Positions 26,987 to 37,697 of a stretch of 64,000 bases of DNA are shown one piece after another; the stretch's first letter is position 1, and each line of letters starts with the position of its first letter. The translations under genes were made by a program, and so were the position numbers. The notes under the pieces are model-generated. The model saw only the letters and a list, made by a program, of their open reading frames with translations. It had not been told where the DNA came from and did not search any database. The DNA is from an uncultured Eubacteriales bacterium (lineage in GTDB: Bacteria > Bacillota > Clostridia > Oscillospirales > Oscillospiraceae): assembly GCA_949744075.1 (NCBI GenBank), contig CATJWI010000115.1, positions 676 through 64,675 on the forward strand. The letters run 5' to 3'.

Positions 26987-28384
26987 TCATATGGAAGGCC
27001 CTTTTGTCTCCTCCCGGTATGGCTCTTCCTTCCCCATCTCTCTGAGATAGAACAGGGCGCCGGCCGTCAGCAGCGCCGAACCCACCGTCCAGGCGAAGGG
27101 CTCGGCGTAGAAGACGCAGTCGGGGCCCAGGGCGCCGCTGAAAAGGGTCACGGTGGACACCCGGGTGGCCAGCTCGAAGAGGCTGTTCACCGTGGTTATC
27201 CCCGCGTGACCCAGCCCCTGGACGAAGGAGCCCATGAGATGGTTGATGTATAGCATGGGCAGCCACAGTCCCATGAGCCGTAGAAAGCGAAGGCCCGAGG
27301 GCACCGCCTGGGCCACCTCCTCCGCCGTGCCCGAGATGAATAGGCCGATGATGCCCCGCCCGGCGGTGAAGATCACCAGGGAAAACAGGGCCGAGGTCAC
27401 CAGGGCCATGGCCGCGCTGAGGGCCAGCCCCCTGCGGACCCGGTCTGTTCGCCGGGCCCCCAAGTTCTGGCCGGTGTAGCTGGTGATGGCCTGGCCGTAG
27501 GAGATGGCGGCCACCTCCAAAAGGCCGAAGATCTTGTAGGTGGCGGTGTAGCCCGCGATGAAGGGCACCTCATACCGGTTCACCACCGTCTGGACCACCA
27601 GGCCGCCCAGGGCACTGATGATGAGCTGGGCCGCCATGGGCAGGGACAGCCCCAGAAGTCCCCTCACCAGGGTCCCGTCCCAGCGCAGCTCTCCCCGGTG
27701 GTCGGGCAGGAGCCGGCGGACGCATACCAGGCTGTAGACCGCCGACGCCCCCTGGGACAGCACCGTGGCCACCGCCGCCCCGCCGATGCCCCAGTGGAAA
27801 CCGGCCACGAACAGCAGGTCCAGCCCGATGTTCAGCCCCGCCGACAGCAGCATGGTGCAGAAGGGGGACCGGCTGTTGCCCAAGGCCCGGAGGATGGCAA
27901 AGCAGTAGTTATAGAGGGTGACGAAGGGGATGCCCGCGTACAGCACCCGCAGGTAGAGCAGGGCCAGGGGATAGACCTCCCCCTGGACCTTCATGGCCCG
28001 GAGGATGAAGGGGGCGGCCAGCTCCATCCCCAGGCACAGCCCCACCCCGGCCAGGGCGGAGAGCCCGGCGGAGGTGGCGGCGATCCGGTGGAGCCGGGGC
28101 CGGTCCCCCGCCCCGAAGGCGTGGGCCATCTGAATGGAAAAGCCCGCCGTATAGGCCTGGAGCGCACTGGACACCGTCCAAACCAGCAGATCACAGGCCC
28201 CCAGGGCCGCCAGGGCGGTGACCCCCAGCACCCGGCCCACCACCGCCGTGTCGGTGAGGGTGTAGACCTGCTGGCAGGTGCTGCCCAAAATCAGGGGGAG
28301 GGCAAAGAGCAGGATGGCCTTCAGGATGCTGCCCTGGGTCATGTTCTTCACCCCGGCGGCCGGAAGGCCCTCTTTTTTTGCCAT
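26987..28384 (-). CDS. MATE-family efflux transporter
   Basis: MTQGSI..FALP, D..VVGR, LRALGNS, NIGLD, GQNLGA. Confidence 0.93.
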   Translation of the reverse strand: MAKKEGLPAAGVKNMTQGSILKAILLFALPLILGSTCQQVYTLTDTAVVGRVLGVTALAALGACDLLVWTVSSALQAYTAGFSIQMAHAFGAGDRPRLHRIAATSAGLSALAGVGLCLGMELAAPFILRAMKVQGEVYPLALLYLRVLYAGIPFVTLYNYCFAILRALGNSRSPFCTMLLSAGLNIGLDLLFVAGFHWGIGGAAVATVLSQGASAVYSLVCVRRLLPDHRGELRWDGTLVRGLLGLSLPMAAQLIISALGGLVVQTVVNRYEVPFIAGYTATYKIFGLLEVAAISYGQAITSYTGQNLGARRTDRVRRGLALSAAMALVTSALFSLVIFTAGRGIIGLFISGTAEEVAQAVPSGLRFLRLMGLWLPMLYINHLMGSFVQGLGHAGITTVNSLFELATRVSTVTLFSGALGPDCVFYAEPFAWTVGSALLTAGALFYLREMGKEEPYREETKGPSI

Positions 28385-28449
28385 TCTTCTCTCCTCCTCT
28401 CCTCAAAAATCCGACCCTCTGCCCGCTGCAAAGGGTCGGTGGCATTTGT

Positions 28450-29190
28450 TTAGCCCGCTTCGCTCCGCAACCGGAGCACCTTGTCCATGAGCCGTTTGAT
28501 CCGCTCCGGGTCCACTTCTCCGGTGTCCTTGCCCGTGTCCTTGAAGAAGCTGCCCACCACCGCGCCATCGGCGATCTTCAGCTGCTCTTCGCAGTTTTCC
28601 TCATTGAGCCCCGAGCAGATGACCAGGGGGAAGTGCCCCAGCTCCGCCCGGAACTGCTTCAGCTTGTCCAGGGGGGTCTGCATACCGGTACCGTCCCCGG
28701 TGACGCAGACGCAGTCGCAGCGTCCCCTGGCTGTGGCCAGGTCCTCCTCTAAGGTGTGCTCCGAGAGCACCGGCTGGTACTTGAAGCGCACGCCCCCCAG
28801 CACCAGGGCCTCCGTCCGGGGCCGCTCCAGGGCAAAGAAGGCGTCCAGGGAGGCCTCGTCCCGGGGCTTTACGTGGCCCACCACCGAGTCCAGCTGGAGG
28901 AAGTCGCACCCCGTCTCCCGGGCCAGCCGGAAGCCCAGGGAGTCAAAGTTCAGGCAGTTTACGCCGTAAGGGATGTCCAGCTTCTGGTCTCGGAGGTAGC
29001 CCAGCACCCACTCCAGGTGGGGGTAGGTGCCGAAATAGTCCTCGGCGATGATGCCGTCCAGGCCCCCTTCTACATAAAAGTCGATCTCCCGCTTGGCCCG
29101 GTCCCGAATGTCCTGCTCCCCCTCCCCCTTCAGGTGGAGGACCCCGATGATGGAGTCTTTCTTAGGGAATACTTCCGCAAAGGTCTTCAT
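28450..29190 (-). CDS. BtpA/SgcQ family TIM-barrel protein
   Basis: Start MKTFAEV; IIGVLHL, GVN, FKY, VTGDGTG, ADGAVVGSFFK. Confidence 0.85.
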   Translation of the reverse strand: MKTFAEVFPKKDSIIGVLHLKGEGEQDIRDRAKREIDFYVEGGLDGIIAEDYFGTYPHLEWVLGYLRDQKLDIPYGVNCLNFDSLGFRLARETGCDFLQLDSVVGHVKPRDEASLDAFFALERPRTEALVLGGVRFKYQPVLSEHTLEEDLATARGRCDCVCVTGDGTGMQTPLDKLKQFRAELGHFPLVICSGLNEENCEEQLKIADGAVVGSFFKDTGKDTGEVDPERIKRLMDKVLRLRSEAG

Positions 29191-30131
29191 AGCAGCCTCC
29201 CATATACAAAGGTGGTCTCTTCCATATACCGCCCCAGGGCCTCCGCCGCGGCGGTCCGGGTGGCGGCGTCCGTTAGGGGCCAGGGGCCGTTCTGCTTGGC
29301 ACAGTAAGCCGCAGCCAGGTTTGCCATGGCGGCGGTCTCCTCCAGGCTCAGCCCCTCGGCCAGGCCGATCATGGCGGCGGCGGTGGAGCAGTTGCCGCAG
29401 CCCGTGGGGTCCACACTGTCCGCCGTCCCCACCGAGGGAGCAAAGACCGCCCCCTCCGGGGTGACGAAGCCCGCCCCCTTCTCCCCCAGCCGGAGGAAGC
29501 AGGGCTTGCCGCAGGCCCGGAGCCCTGTCAGGATGGCGGACGCATCTTCGGTCTGAAAAAAGCCCTTGGCCTCGTCCAGGTTCATGGAGAAGGCGTCCAC
29601 CTGGGCGATGCGCTCCAAAATGGCCCCCTTCATACTGGGGTCCCGCAGGTCGTCGCCGTTGACCTCCCACATGAGGCAGCCCCGAGGGATCAGGGCCTTC
29701 ACCGCCGGGAAGTGGTCGGCGATCTTGGCCGACAGGCTGGCCTCGATGTAGATGCCCTTGGTGTCCCCGTCCACGCACTCCCCCAGCATCTCCGGGGTGA
29801 TGCGCCCCACGTCCTTGGCCATGGCCTCGTACTCTTCCCCGTAGAGGCACTCCTCCGCCCAAATGCCGTCGGGGCGGTACTTCAGGGTGTACTTCAGGGT
29901 GTGGGGCAGACACTTCTTCACCCGGCAGTCGATGCCGTTGGCCCGGAACCAGGGGCCGTACCAGGCGTCGAAGTCCGGCCCGGCGGTGCCCACATAGGCC
30001 ACCCGGTCCCGCCAGAAGCGGACCCCGGAGGCCGCGTAAAAGGAGCCGCCAGGGCTGTTTTCCAGGGTGGACCCGTCGGCGTAGTAAATGTCGGTAAGCA
30101 TGTTGTAGCCCGCTACGATATAGTCCATCAT
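29187..30131 (-). CDS. PfkB-family carbohydrate kinase
   Basis: PGGSFYAASG, NLDEA, RLGEKGA, VDPTGCGN (N where the family usually has D). Confidence 0.85.
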   Translation of the reverse strand: MMDYIVAGYNMLTDIYYADGSTLENSPGGSFYAASGVRFWRDRVAYVGTAGPDFDAWYGPWFRANGIDCRVKKCLPHTLKYTLKYRPDGIWAEECLYGEEYEAMAKDVGRITPEMLGECVDGDTKGIYIEASLSAKIADHFPAVKALIPRGCLMWEVNGDDLRDPSMKGAILERIAQVDAFSMNLDEAKGFFQTEDASAILTGLRACGKPCFLRLGEKGAGFVTPEGAVFAPSVGTADSVDPTGCGNCSTAAAMIGLAEGLSLEETAAMANLAAAYCAKQNGPWPLTDAATRTAAAEALGRYMEETTFVYGRLL

Positions 30132-31252
30132 GACTCCGTCCCGCCGAGAGCCGCCCGCTGGGCGGCCAGGTCGGCAAATATGTCCTTGGAATTTTTCAGC
30201 TCGTGGAGCAGGGCAAAGGGGCCGTTGTGCTCCTCCAGCTCCCGGAGGAGCCGGGTCCACTCCTCCCCCGTGAGGTAGCCGCTGCCGATGGGGATGTGGG
30301 CGTCGTACTGTCCCAGCACGATCTTCACCCCGTATTCCTCCTGGGCCTCCCCCTCGGGGAGGGCCTCCAGCTCCCCCAGCCAGGGCTGGGAAAGCTTTCC
30401 CCGGCGGAAATACTCGGTGTCGGTCACCGGCCGGTCGGACAGGTGGACCGAGCCCACCCTCCCCCGGAGCCGGGGATCCAGCAGGTTGTATTCCAGCCAC
30501 CGGCGGGCCAGGCCGGGACCCTCTTGGGCGGCCATCGACCCCGTGATCTCCTCCGGCGGCAGCAAAAACCGCTCTCTCCCCACAGCGTGGAGCAGGTGGT
30601 TGACGTCCCAGCCCAGCCGTAGCCGGTCCCAGGGGTCGGCCACCTGGGAGAGGACCCAGGCAAAGTCCTCCGCCGTCTGGGCGCCGTACTCCAACCCCCA
30701 GCCCGCGTTTTCCAGCTCGATCACGGGGCCCTTCGGCCCCAGCAGCCCGGCCTGGTCCAGCCGGGAGAGGAAAACTCCCAGCATCTCCGCCATCCCCGCC
30801 AGGATATCCTGCCGGGACAGGGTGAACTCCCACTTGCCGTCGATGGGGGCGTAGTCGATGAGGTGAAAAGTGTAGGCCTCCAGCCCCAGCCTGGCACACA
30901 GGGCGTACTCCGCTGTCCACCGGGAGTAGATGGCCTCCCCCGTCTCATCGCCGAAGTAGGCCTTTACCCCCTCCGCTCCCCCCATGCGTCTGTATAGCTC
31001 CGCCCGGTTTCGCCCGGTGAGGAAGGCGGTGGGCCAGGCCCAATAGGAGGCGTGGGCCCGGCGGGCCTTTAGGGTCTGCACGGCCTCCGCAAAGGTCCGC
31101 TCCTCCCCGGGGCCCAGGGGCAGGTCCCGGGGGACCAGGTCGTCAAAGTAGACCTCGGTGCCTATAAGAGAATATTCCTTGCAAAGAGCGGCGGCGTCCC
31201 GCCGGGAGAACATCCCCGGCTTGGCCGCCGCATATTGTTTCAGTCTCTCCAT
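30128..31252 (-). CDS. TIM-barrel protein, sugar isomerase/epimerase (AP-endonuclease 2)-like
   Basis: FH, IELEN, WDVNH, VHLSD, DAHIPIGSG and HE metal-ligand pattern. Confidence 0.6.
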   Translation of the reverse strand: MERLKQYAAAKPGMFSRRDAAALCKEYSLIGTEVYFDDLVPRDLPLGPGEERTFAEAVQTLKARRAHASYWAWPTAFLTGRNRAELYRRMGGAEGVKAYFGDETGEAIYSRWTAEYALCARLGLEAYTFHLIDYAPIDGKWEFTLSRQDILAGMAEMLGVFLSRLDQAGLLGPKGPVIELENAGWGLEYGAQTAEDFAWVLSQVADPWDRLRLGWDVNHLLHAVGRERFLLPPEEITGSMAAQEGPGLARRWLEYNLLDPRLRGRVGSVHLSDRPVTDTEYFRRGKLSQPWLGELEALPEGEAQEEYGVKIVLGQYDAHIPIGSGYLTGEEWTRLLRELEEHNGPFALLHELKNSKDIFADLAAQRAALGGTES

Positions 31253-31256
31253 GGCC

Positions 31257-31982
31257 TTAAATATGGATGACCTGGGACAGGAACAGCTTCAGCCGGTCGC
31301 TCTGGGGGTGGTCGAAGATCTGGTCGGGAGTGCCCTCCTCGATGATCTTGCCCCCGTCCACAAAGAGCACCCGGCTGGCCACCTTCCGGGCAAAGCCCAT
31401 CTCGTGGGTCACCACCGCCAGGGTCATGCCCTCGTCGGCCAGTTCCTTCATGACGTTGAGCACCTCCCCGATCATCTCGGGATCCAGGGCAGAGGTGGGC
31501 TCGTCAAAGAGGATGACCTCGGGGCTCTGGCACAGGGCCCGGGCGATGGCCACCCGCTGCTTCTGGCCGCCGGAGAGCTGGGCGGGGTAGGACTGGGCCT
31601 TGTCGTCCAGGCCCACCCGCTTCAGGAGCTTGTGGGCGGTCTCCTCCGCCTGGGCCTGGGGGACCCCGCCGGCCTTGATGGGCCCCAGGGTCAGGTTCTC
31701 CAGCACCGTCTTGTGGGGGAAGAGGTTGAACAGCTGGAACACGAAGCCCACGTGGGCCAGCTGCCTGGTGCTGTCCTTGGAGAAGTCCACCTTCTCCCCG
31801 TTCACATAGAGCTCCCCGCTGTCGGGGGTCTCCAGCCCGTGGAGGCAGCGGATAAGGGTGCTCTTGCCCGAGCCCGAGGGGCCGATGATACAGATGACCT
31901 CCCCCTTCTGGATGTGGAGGGAGACGTCGTCCACCGCCTTGACGGCGCCGAAATGCTTGCTGATATGTACCGCGTTAATCAC
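31257..31982 (-). CDS. Polar amino-acid ABC ATP-binding protein (GlnQ-like)
   Basis: [39 protein letters not shown]. Confidence 0.95.
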   Translation of the reverse strand: MINAVHISKHFGAVKAVDDVSLHIQKGEVICIIGPSGSGKSTLIRCLHGLETPDSGELYVNGEKVDFSKDSTRQLAHVGFVFQLFNLFPHKTVLENLTLGPIKAGGVPQAQAEETAHKLLKRVGLDDKAQSYPAQLSGGQKQRVAIARALCQSPEVILFDEPTSALDPEMIGEVLNVMKELADEGMTLAVVTHEMGFARKVASRVLFVDGGKIIEEGTPDQIFDHPQSDRLKLFLSQVIHI

Positions 31983-32661
31983 TTTCCGCCAGCCTCCTCT
32001 CCAGCTTCCGGGCAAAGAACGAGATGGTCAGGGTCATCACCAGGTACATGCCGGTGGCGCACAGCAGGGGCACCAAGTAGTTGTAGTTGTCCGCGCCGAT
32101 GACCCGGGCGCTCTGGAGCAGCTCCACTGCGCCGATGGAGGACAGCAGGGAGGAGTCCTTGAGCAGGACAATGAACTCGTTGATGTAGGGCGGCAGGATC
32201 CGCTTGAAGGCCTGGGGCAGGATGATCTCCTTCATGGTCTGCCAGTGGTTCAGGCCGATGGTCCTGGCCGCCTCCCACTGGCCCTTGTCCACCGACTGGA
32301 TGGCCGAGCGGAACAGCTCCGTGCTGTAGGCCCCCGAGTTGATGGCCACGGCCACCGCGCCGATGACGTAGGGGTTGGGGGTAAAGACGAACTTGAACAG
32401 GCTCTTGGTGATCACCGGGCCGCCCAGGAACAGCAGCATGATCTGCAGCAGCATGGGGGTGCCGCGGATGATCTCCACATAGACGTTGGCAATGCCCCGC
32501 AGCACGCCGTGCTTGCTCATCTTCATGCTGGCCGACAACAGCCCCAGCACCGAGCCCCCCACCAGCGCGCAGATGGCGATGATGACGGAATAGCTGGCGC
32601 TTCTGAGCATAAAGTGTACGTTCTCGGAGGTCATAATGCGCTGAAACGCTTCTAAACTCAT
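31975..32661 (-). CDS. Polar amino-acid ABC permease
   Basis: RGTPML, SGAY.TE.FR, GQWEAA, LKDSSL. Confidence 0.95.
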   Translation of the reverse strand: MSLEAFQRIMTSENVHFMLRSASYSVIIAICALVGGSVLGLLSASMKMSKHGVLRGIANVYVEIIRGTPMLLQIMLLFLGGPVITKSLFKFVFTPNPYVIGAVAVAINSGAYSTELFRSAIQSVDKGQWEAARTIGLNHWQTMKEIILPQAFKRILPPYINEFIVLLKDSSLLSSIGAVELLQSARVIGADNYNYLVPLLCATGMYLVMTLTISFFARKLERRLAESD

Positions 32662-32700
32662 AGCCGCTCCCTCTTTTCTCTTTCCAGAATCAAAAACAAG

Positions 32701-32735
32701 CTATGGCAAGGGAGGCTTTTCCTCCCTTGCCATAG
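32701..32735. terminator. Intergenic hairpin between SBP and permease genes
   Basis: CTATGGCAAGGGAGG-loop-CCTCCCTTGCCATAG. Confidence 0.55.
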
Positions 32736-32757
32736 TAAGCTTACATTGTGCTCCGGC

Positions 32758-33534
32758 TCAGCCGAACCACTCCACCACCAGCTGGTCCAGGGTGCCCTCG
32801 TCCTTGAGCTTGGCGATGGCCTCGTTGACCCGGTCCATGAGGGCGTCGTTGCCGATGTTGGCCACGGCCTTGATCTCCTCCACGGTGAGGTCGTCGGCCA
32901 CGATCTGGAAGTCGCCGGGGTTGGCCTCCATGTAGGACTTGACCACGCACTGCTCGGTGATGCAGCCCTGCATGGCGCCGGAGCGCAGGGACTCCACCAT
33001 GATGGCGATCTCGCCGGTCTGGGCGGTCCAGCCGTACTGCTCGGCCAGCTCCTGGTTCACGTCCATGCCGGTAGTGCCGCTGCCGGCGCCCACCACGCCC
33101 CCGGCCAAGTCCTCCAGGGTATTGATGCCGTACTCCACAGAGGCGAAGCAGGTCTGGGCGGAGGTCATGTAGGTATCGGAGAAGATGACGGACTGGGCCC
33201 GCTTCTCATTGTAGGAGAAGCAGGAGATGCCCAGGTCCACGGTGCCGGCGGTGACAGCGCTGATGATGGTCTCAAAGTCCATCTGGACGATCTCCAGCTC
33301 CAGGCCCATGTCCTCGGCGATGAGCTTGGCCACGTCGGCGTCCAGGCCCACCACATTGCCGTTGCCGTCGTAGTTCTCAAAGGGGGGATAGTCGGCAGCC
33401 ATGCCCACCCGGAGCTTGCCCTCGGTACCCAGCTGGTCCTCCCACTTCACTTCCTCATCGGTCTTCCCGCCGCCGCAGGCGGCCAGAGAGGCCACCATGC
33501 TGATGGCCAGCATCAGCGAAACGATCTTCTTCAT
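32758..33534 (-). CDS. Polar amino-acid ABC substrate-binding lipoprotein
   Basis: MKKIVS..LAAC lipobox; ADYPPFE, GLDAD, FSDTY. Confidence 0.92.
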   Translation of the reverse strand: MKKIVSLMLAISMVASLAACGGGKTDEEVKWEDQLGTEGKLRVGMAADYPPFENYDGNGNVVGLDADVAKLIAEDMGLELEIVQMDFETIISAVTAGTVDLGISCFSYNEKRAQSVIFSDTYMTSAQTCFASVEYGINTLEDLAGGVVGAGSGTTGMDVNQELAEQYGWTAQTGEIAIMVESLRSGAMQGCITEQCVVKSYMEANPGDFQIVADDLTVEEIKAVANIGNDALMDRVNEAIAKLKDEGTLDQLVVEWFG

Positions 33535-33672
33535 TCTTCTGCATCCCTTTCCAAAAAATTCTTTTTTATCAACACGCAAAACTTTACTGTTCTTTGCGGG
33601 TCGTGCAGTACTTGAATTCCGGGCTCCGGTCGGGTATACTGGAAAAAACCGCTTTGATAAGGAGTGTTTTCC

Positions 33673-34554
33673 ATGAGCAAGCTCACCCGGTTCTCCCAGC
33701 TGACCCCCCTGCCCGCGGAGAGCAGCTGGTTTCGTCCCTACCGGCTCTTCCCCGGCGTCACCGCCATCTTTGAGCCCTTCCACTTCCAGGAGGTCATGAG
33801 TTACCTCATCGAAGGGGAGGACCGGGCCCTGCTGCTGGACTCGGGCATGGGCTTCGGCAATATTAAGGCCACGGTGGAAGCCCTGACTGACAAGCCTATC
33901 ACCTTGGTCAACTCCCACAGCCACTTCGACCACGTGGGGGACAACTGGCGCTTTCCCGAGACCCACCTGCTGGACCTTCCCGAGTACATCCAGCGTCTGG
34001 AGGCCGGCCAGTGCTTCCAGGCCGACAACGAAAACCGCAAGCCCGAGGCCCTCTGGTATCCCGGCCCGGTGTGGTTCGACCTGAAGACCTGGGTCACCAA
34101 ACCCTCCTGCCCGGTGGTCCCCATCCGGGAGGGCCACGTCTTCGACCTGGGCCGGCGCCGCCTGCGGGTCATCGCCACCCCGGGCCACACCCGGGACAGC
34201 ATCATGCTCTCCGACGACGAAAACAAGCTCCTCTTCACCGGGGATACGGTCTATCCCGCCCCCCTCTATGCCTACATTGAGGGCCCCGAGATGATCCCCA
34301 TCTACGCCCAGACCATGGAGCGGCTGGCCCGGGAGTATTCCGAATATACACTCTTATGCTCTCACAACGACCCCATCTGGGAGGGCGCAGCCCTGGGCGA
34401 GATCGCCCGGGCCTTCCAGGCCGTCCTCTCAGGTAAGGCCGGGGCTGCGGAGGCAGACCCCAAAACCTCGGGAGACAACATCGTATATCCCTTTGGAGAC
34501 TTCTCCATCGTCCTCACCCGGCAGGCTTTGACCACTTTGGGGCTGGAGGGCTGA
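33673..34554 (+). CDS. Metallo-beta-lactamase-fold hydrolase
   Basis: [17 protein letters not shown]. Confidence 0.9.
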   Translation: MSKLTRFSQLTPLPAESSWFRPYRLFPGVTAIFEPFHFQEVMSYLIEGEDRALLLDSGMGFGNIKATVEALTDKPITLVNSHSHFDHVGDNWRFPETHLLDLPEYIQRLEAGQCFQADNENRKPEALWYPGPVWFDLKTWVTKPSCPVVPIREGHVFDLGRRRLRVIATPGHTRDSIMLSDDENKLLFTGDTVYPAPLYAYIEGPEMIPIYAQTMERLAREYSEYTLLCSHNDPIWEGAALGEIARAFQAVLSGKAGAAEADPKTSGDNIVYPFGDFSIVLTRQALTTLGLEG

Positions 34555-34608
34555 CCGAGCTACTTTGCATCATAATCCACTGTCGGCCCGTTGTCAAGAA
34601 CTTTTTAT

Positions 34609-34643
34609 AAATATGCAAAACATTCATCTATTTTTGCATATTT
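34609..34643. promoter_or_regulatory. Perfect 12-bp inverted repeat upstream of dsdA
   Basis: AAATATGCAAAA-N11-TTTTGCATATTT. Confidence 0.5.
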
Positions 34644-34678
34644 CAGCCTCTGTCCATCAAAAGAAAGGATGTGCCCCC

Positions 34679-36049
34679 ATGGACCTGGACCCTTTGATCT
34701 GCCATAAGCCCCTTTCCCGGTGGATGGCGCAGCACCCCATCCTGAGGGACATCCGCGCCCTCCGGGAGACCGCTTGGGTCAACCCCGGCATGCTCCCCAC
34801 TGCGCAGGCTCTCTCCGGCTGCCCCCTCACCCTGGCCGACGTGGAGGACGCCAGTGACCGGCTGGACCGGTTTGCCGATTACTTCCGGACCGCCTTTCCC
34901 GAGACCCGGGCCTGGGGCGGCATTTTGGAGTCCCCTGTCCGGGCCATCCCGGCCATGCAGCACTGTCTGGAGGCCGACCATGGCATCCCCCTGCCCGGCA
35001 GGCTCTGGATCAAGCTGGACAGTCACCTGCCTATCTCGGGCTCCATCAAGGCCAGGGGCGGTATCTATGAGGTACTGAAAACCGCCGAGGACATTGCCCT
35101 GCGCCACGGCCTGCTCCGCCCCGGGGACCCCTACCGTCTCTTTGACCGCCCCGAATTCCGTGCCGTGCTTTCCCAATACTCCATCGCCGTGGGCTCCACA
35201 GGCAACCTGGGCCTATCCATTGGCATCATGGGCGCCAAGCTGGGCTTCCGCGTCACCGTCCACATGTCCGCTGACGCCCGCGAGTGGAAAAAGGACCTGC
35301 TGCGCAGCAAGGGGGTCACCGTCATGGAGTATCCCTCCGACTACAGTGCAGCGGTGGCCCAGGGCCGCAAAGAGGCCGAGGATGACCCTCACTGCCACTT
35401 TGTGGACGACGAAAATTCCCAGACCCTGTTTTTGGGCTACGCTGTGGCCGCCCTCCGCCTGAAAGTCCAACTGGACCGAGCCGGGGTGAGGGTGGACCGG
35501 GAGCATCCCCTCTTCATCTATCTACCCTGCGGGGTGGGCGGCGGCCCAGGCGGGGTAGCCTTCGGCCTGAAGTTGGTCTACGGTGACAACGCCCACTGTT
35601 TCTTTGCCGAGCCCACCCACTCCTGCTGCATGCTCTTAGGGCTGGCCACCGGCCTTAACCACCACATCTCCGTCCAGGACCTGGGCCTGGACAACCGCAC
35701 CGCCGCCGACGGCCTGGCGGTGGGCCGGGCCTCCGGCTTTGTGGGCAAGCTCCTGGCCCCCTTCCTCAGCGGGTGCTACTCCCTGGAAGACCACCGGATG
35801 TACCGAATGCTGGCCCAGCTGGCCAATACGGAGGCCCTTCGCCTGGAGCCCAGCGCTCTGGCCGGCATGTACGGCCCCGTGCTGCTGGCCAAGGACCCGA
35901 TCCTCTCCGCCTACCCCGCTCAATACGGCCTCACCTCCACCCAACTGGTCCAGAGCACCCAGCTGGTCTGGGCCACCGGCGGCAGTATGGTTCCCCCGGA
36001 GGAGATGGACCGCTACTACGCCAAGGGGCAGGCCCTTCTCAATTCCTGA
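34679..36049 (+). CDS. dsdA: D-serine ammonia-lyase
   Basis: [64 protein letters not shown]. Confidence 0.96.
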   Translation: MDLDPLICHKPLSRWMAQHPILRDIRALRETAWVNPGMLPTAQALSGCPLTLADVEDASDRLDRFADYFRTAFPETRAWGGILESPVRAIPAMQHCLEADHGIPLPGRLWIKLDSHLPISGSIKARGGIYEVLKTAEDIALRHGLLRPGDPYRLFDRPEFRAVLSQYSIAVGSTGNLGLSIGIMGAKLGFRVTVHMSADAREWKKDLLRSKGVTVMEYPSDYSAAVAQGRKEAEDDPHCHFVDDENSQTLFLGYAVAALRLKVQLDRAGVRVDREHPLFIYLPCGVGGGPGGVAFGLKLVYGDNAHCFFAEPTHSCCMLLGLATGLNHHISVQDLGLDNRTAADGLAVGRASGFVGKLLAPFLSGCYSLEDHRMYRMLAQLANTEALRLEPSALAGMYGPVLLAKDPILSAYPAQYGLTSTQLVQSTQLVWATGGSMVPPEEMDRYYAKGQALLNS

Positions 36050-36086
36050 GCCGCCCATTTTTCCTCCCTTTGAACCGTCTTTTTTC

Positions 36087-36117
36087 AAGGTCCGCCCTTT
36101 CTGGGGGCGGACCTTTT
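36087..36117 (+). terminator. Rho-independent terminator after dsdA
   Basis: AAGGTCCGCCC-loop-GGGCGGACCTTTT. Confidence 0.7.
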
Positions 36118-36120
36118 CTC

Positions 36121-36148
36121 ACCTTCCCCACCCGGAGCGCATAGGATG
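36121..36148 (+). promoter_or_regulatory. Possible mother-cell (sigmaK-like) promoter of spoVF
   Basis: AC-N17-CATAGGAT upstream of spoVFA; spoVF is sigmaK-controlled in Bacillus. Confidence 0.4.
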
Positions 36149-36177
36149 CCCCAGCAAACGAACGGGAGGAAACGCCT

Positions 36178-37041
36178 ATGCGTCAGCCACTGAATTTTTG
36201 GATCGTCGGCGGCGATCTGCGGCAGGCCACCTTGGCCAAGGCCCTGGCCGAGGACGGCCACACGGTACATACCTACGCTCTGGACCAGGGGGTGGACCCC
36301 GCCCTGGCCGACGACAACCTGGAGGCCATCTGTGAGGCCGACTGCGTGGTCCTCCCCCTCCCCGCCCTGGACCGGGACGGGATCAACGCCCCCCTCTCCC
36401 AACGCCGGCTTTCCCTCCAGGAGCTCCTCGCCGCCCCCCGCCCGGGCCAGCTTCTCTGCGCCGGCATGGCCCCTCCACTCCTGAAGGAGGCCGCCCAGGC
36501 CGCCGGACTCTCCCTCACGGACTACTTTGCCCGGGAGGAACTTACTGTGGCAAATGCCGTCCCCACCTCGGAGGGGGCCATTCAGATCGCCATGGAGGAG
36601 CTGCCCATCACCCTTCACAGCGCCAGGGTGCTGGTCGTTGGCTATGGGCGGCTGGGGAAGGTCCTGGCCCGGCAGCTCCGGGGGCTGGGGGCCCGGGTCA
36701 CTGTGGCCGCCCGGAGCTGCACCGACCTGGCCTGGGCCCAGGTGTGGAGCTACGGAGTGGAGCGCTCCGACCAGCTCTCCGGCTGGCTGTGCAGCTATGA
36801 CCTGGTCATCAACACCGTCCCCGCCCCCATTCTGGGACGGGAGGAACTAAGCGACTTAAAGCCGGGCTGCCTGGTCATCGATCTGGCCTCCAAGCCCGGC
36901 GGGGTGGACCTGGCCGCCGCGGCCGAAATGGGGGTCAAGGTGATCTGGGCCCTCTCCCTGCCCGGCAAGGTGGCCCCTGTCACCGCCGCTCTGGCCATCA
37001 AGGCCGCCCTCTACAACATATTGACCGAGTTAGGAGTGTAA
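36178..37041 (+). CDS. spoVFA: Dipicolinate synthase subunit A
   Basis: GGDLRQ, NAVPTSEGAI, GYGRLG, NTVP, DLASKPGG, LPGKVAP. Confidence 0.93.
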   Translation: MRQPLNFWIVGGDLRQATLAKALAEDGHTVHTYALDQGVDPALADDNLEAICEADCVVLPLPALDRDGINAPLSQRRLSLQELLAAPRPGQLLCAGMAPPLLKEAAQAAGLSLTDYFAREELTVANAVPTSEGAIQIAMEELPITLHSARVLVVGYGRLGKVLARQLRGLGARVTVAARSCTDLAWAQVWSYGVERSDQLSGWLCSYDLVINTVPAPILGREELSDLKPGCLVIDLASKPGGVDLAAAAEMGVKVIWALSLPGKVAPVTAALAIKAALYNILTELGV

Positions 37042-37043
37042 TT

Positions 37044-37634
37044 ATGAACGAAACCCCCTGCCGTGTCGGCTTTGCCTTCTGCGGCTCCTTCTGTACATTC
37101 TCCACCGCTATGTCCGCCCTGGAGGCGGTCAAAGCCCGGTTCGGGGAGGTCACACCCATCGTCTCGGAGAACTCCGCCGCCCTGGACACCCGCTTCGGCG
37201 CGGCCCACGACTGGCTCCGGGAGATGGAGCGCATCTGCGACCAGCGGGTCATCGACAGCCTCCCCAAGGCGGAGCCCCTGGGCCCCAAGAAGCTCCTGGA
37301 CGCCCTGGTGATCTGCCCCTGCACGGGCAACACCCTGGGGAAGCTGGCCGCCGGCATCGCCGACACCACCGTGACCCTGGCGGCCAAGGCCCACCTGCGC
37401 AACGGCCGGCCCCTCATCCTCGCCGTGTCCACCAACGACGCCCTGGCCTCCTCGGCCAAAAGCATCGGGGCCCTGCTGGACAAAAAGCACGTCTACTTCG
37501 TGCCCTTCCGCCAGGACGACCCCATGGAGAAGCCCACCTCCCTGGTGGCCGACTTCTCCCTGGTACCTGACACGGTGGCCGCCGCCCTGGAGGGCCGGCA
37601 GCTCCAGCCCCTGGTGCTGGGCCCGGCGAAATAA
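37044..37634 (+). CDS. spoVFB: Dipicolinate synthase subunit B
   Basis: GSFCT, TRFG, AEPLGP, PCTGNT, KAHLRN, STND, QDDP..KP.SL. Confidence 0.95.
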   Translation: MNETPCRVGFAFCGSFCTFSTAMSALEAVKARFGEVTPIVSENSAALDTRFGAAHDWLREMERICDQRVIDSLPKAEPLGPKKLLDALVICPCTGNTLGKLAAGIADTTVTLAAKAHLRNGRPLILAVSTNDALASSAKSIGALLDKKHVYFVPFRQDDPMEKPTSLVADFSLVPDTVAAALEGRQLQPLVLGPAK

Positions 37635-37638
37635 GCAG

Positions 37639-37670
37639 AGCAGGGCACGCCCAAGAGGCGTGCCCTGCTT
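37639..37670. terminator. Hairpin between convergent genes
   Basis: AGCAGGGCACGCC-loop-GGCGTGCCCTGCT. Confidence 0.65.
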
Positions 37671-37697
37671 CGCATATTGGAAGATTAAGGAAAGGTA

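Noticed and set aside
28450-30920. 575-aa and 577-aa ORF calls as fusion proteins
   Set aside because: True starts at 29190 and 30131 overlap the upstream stop codons; the N-terminal extensions are off-frame overlaps
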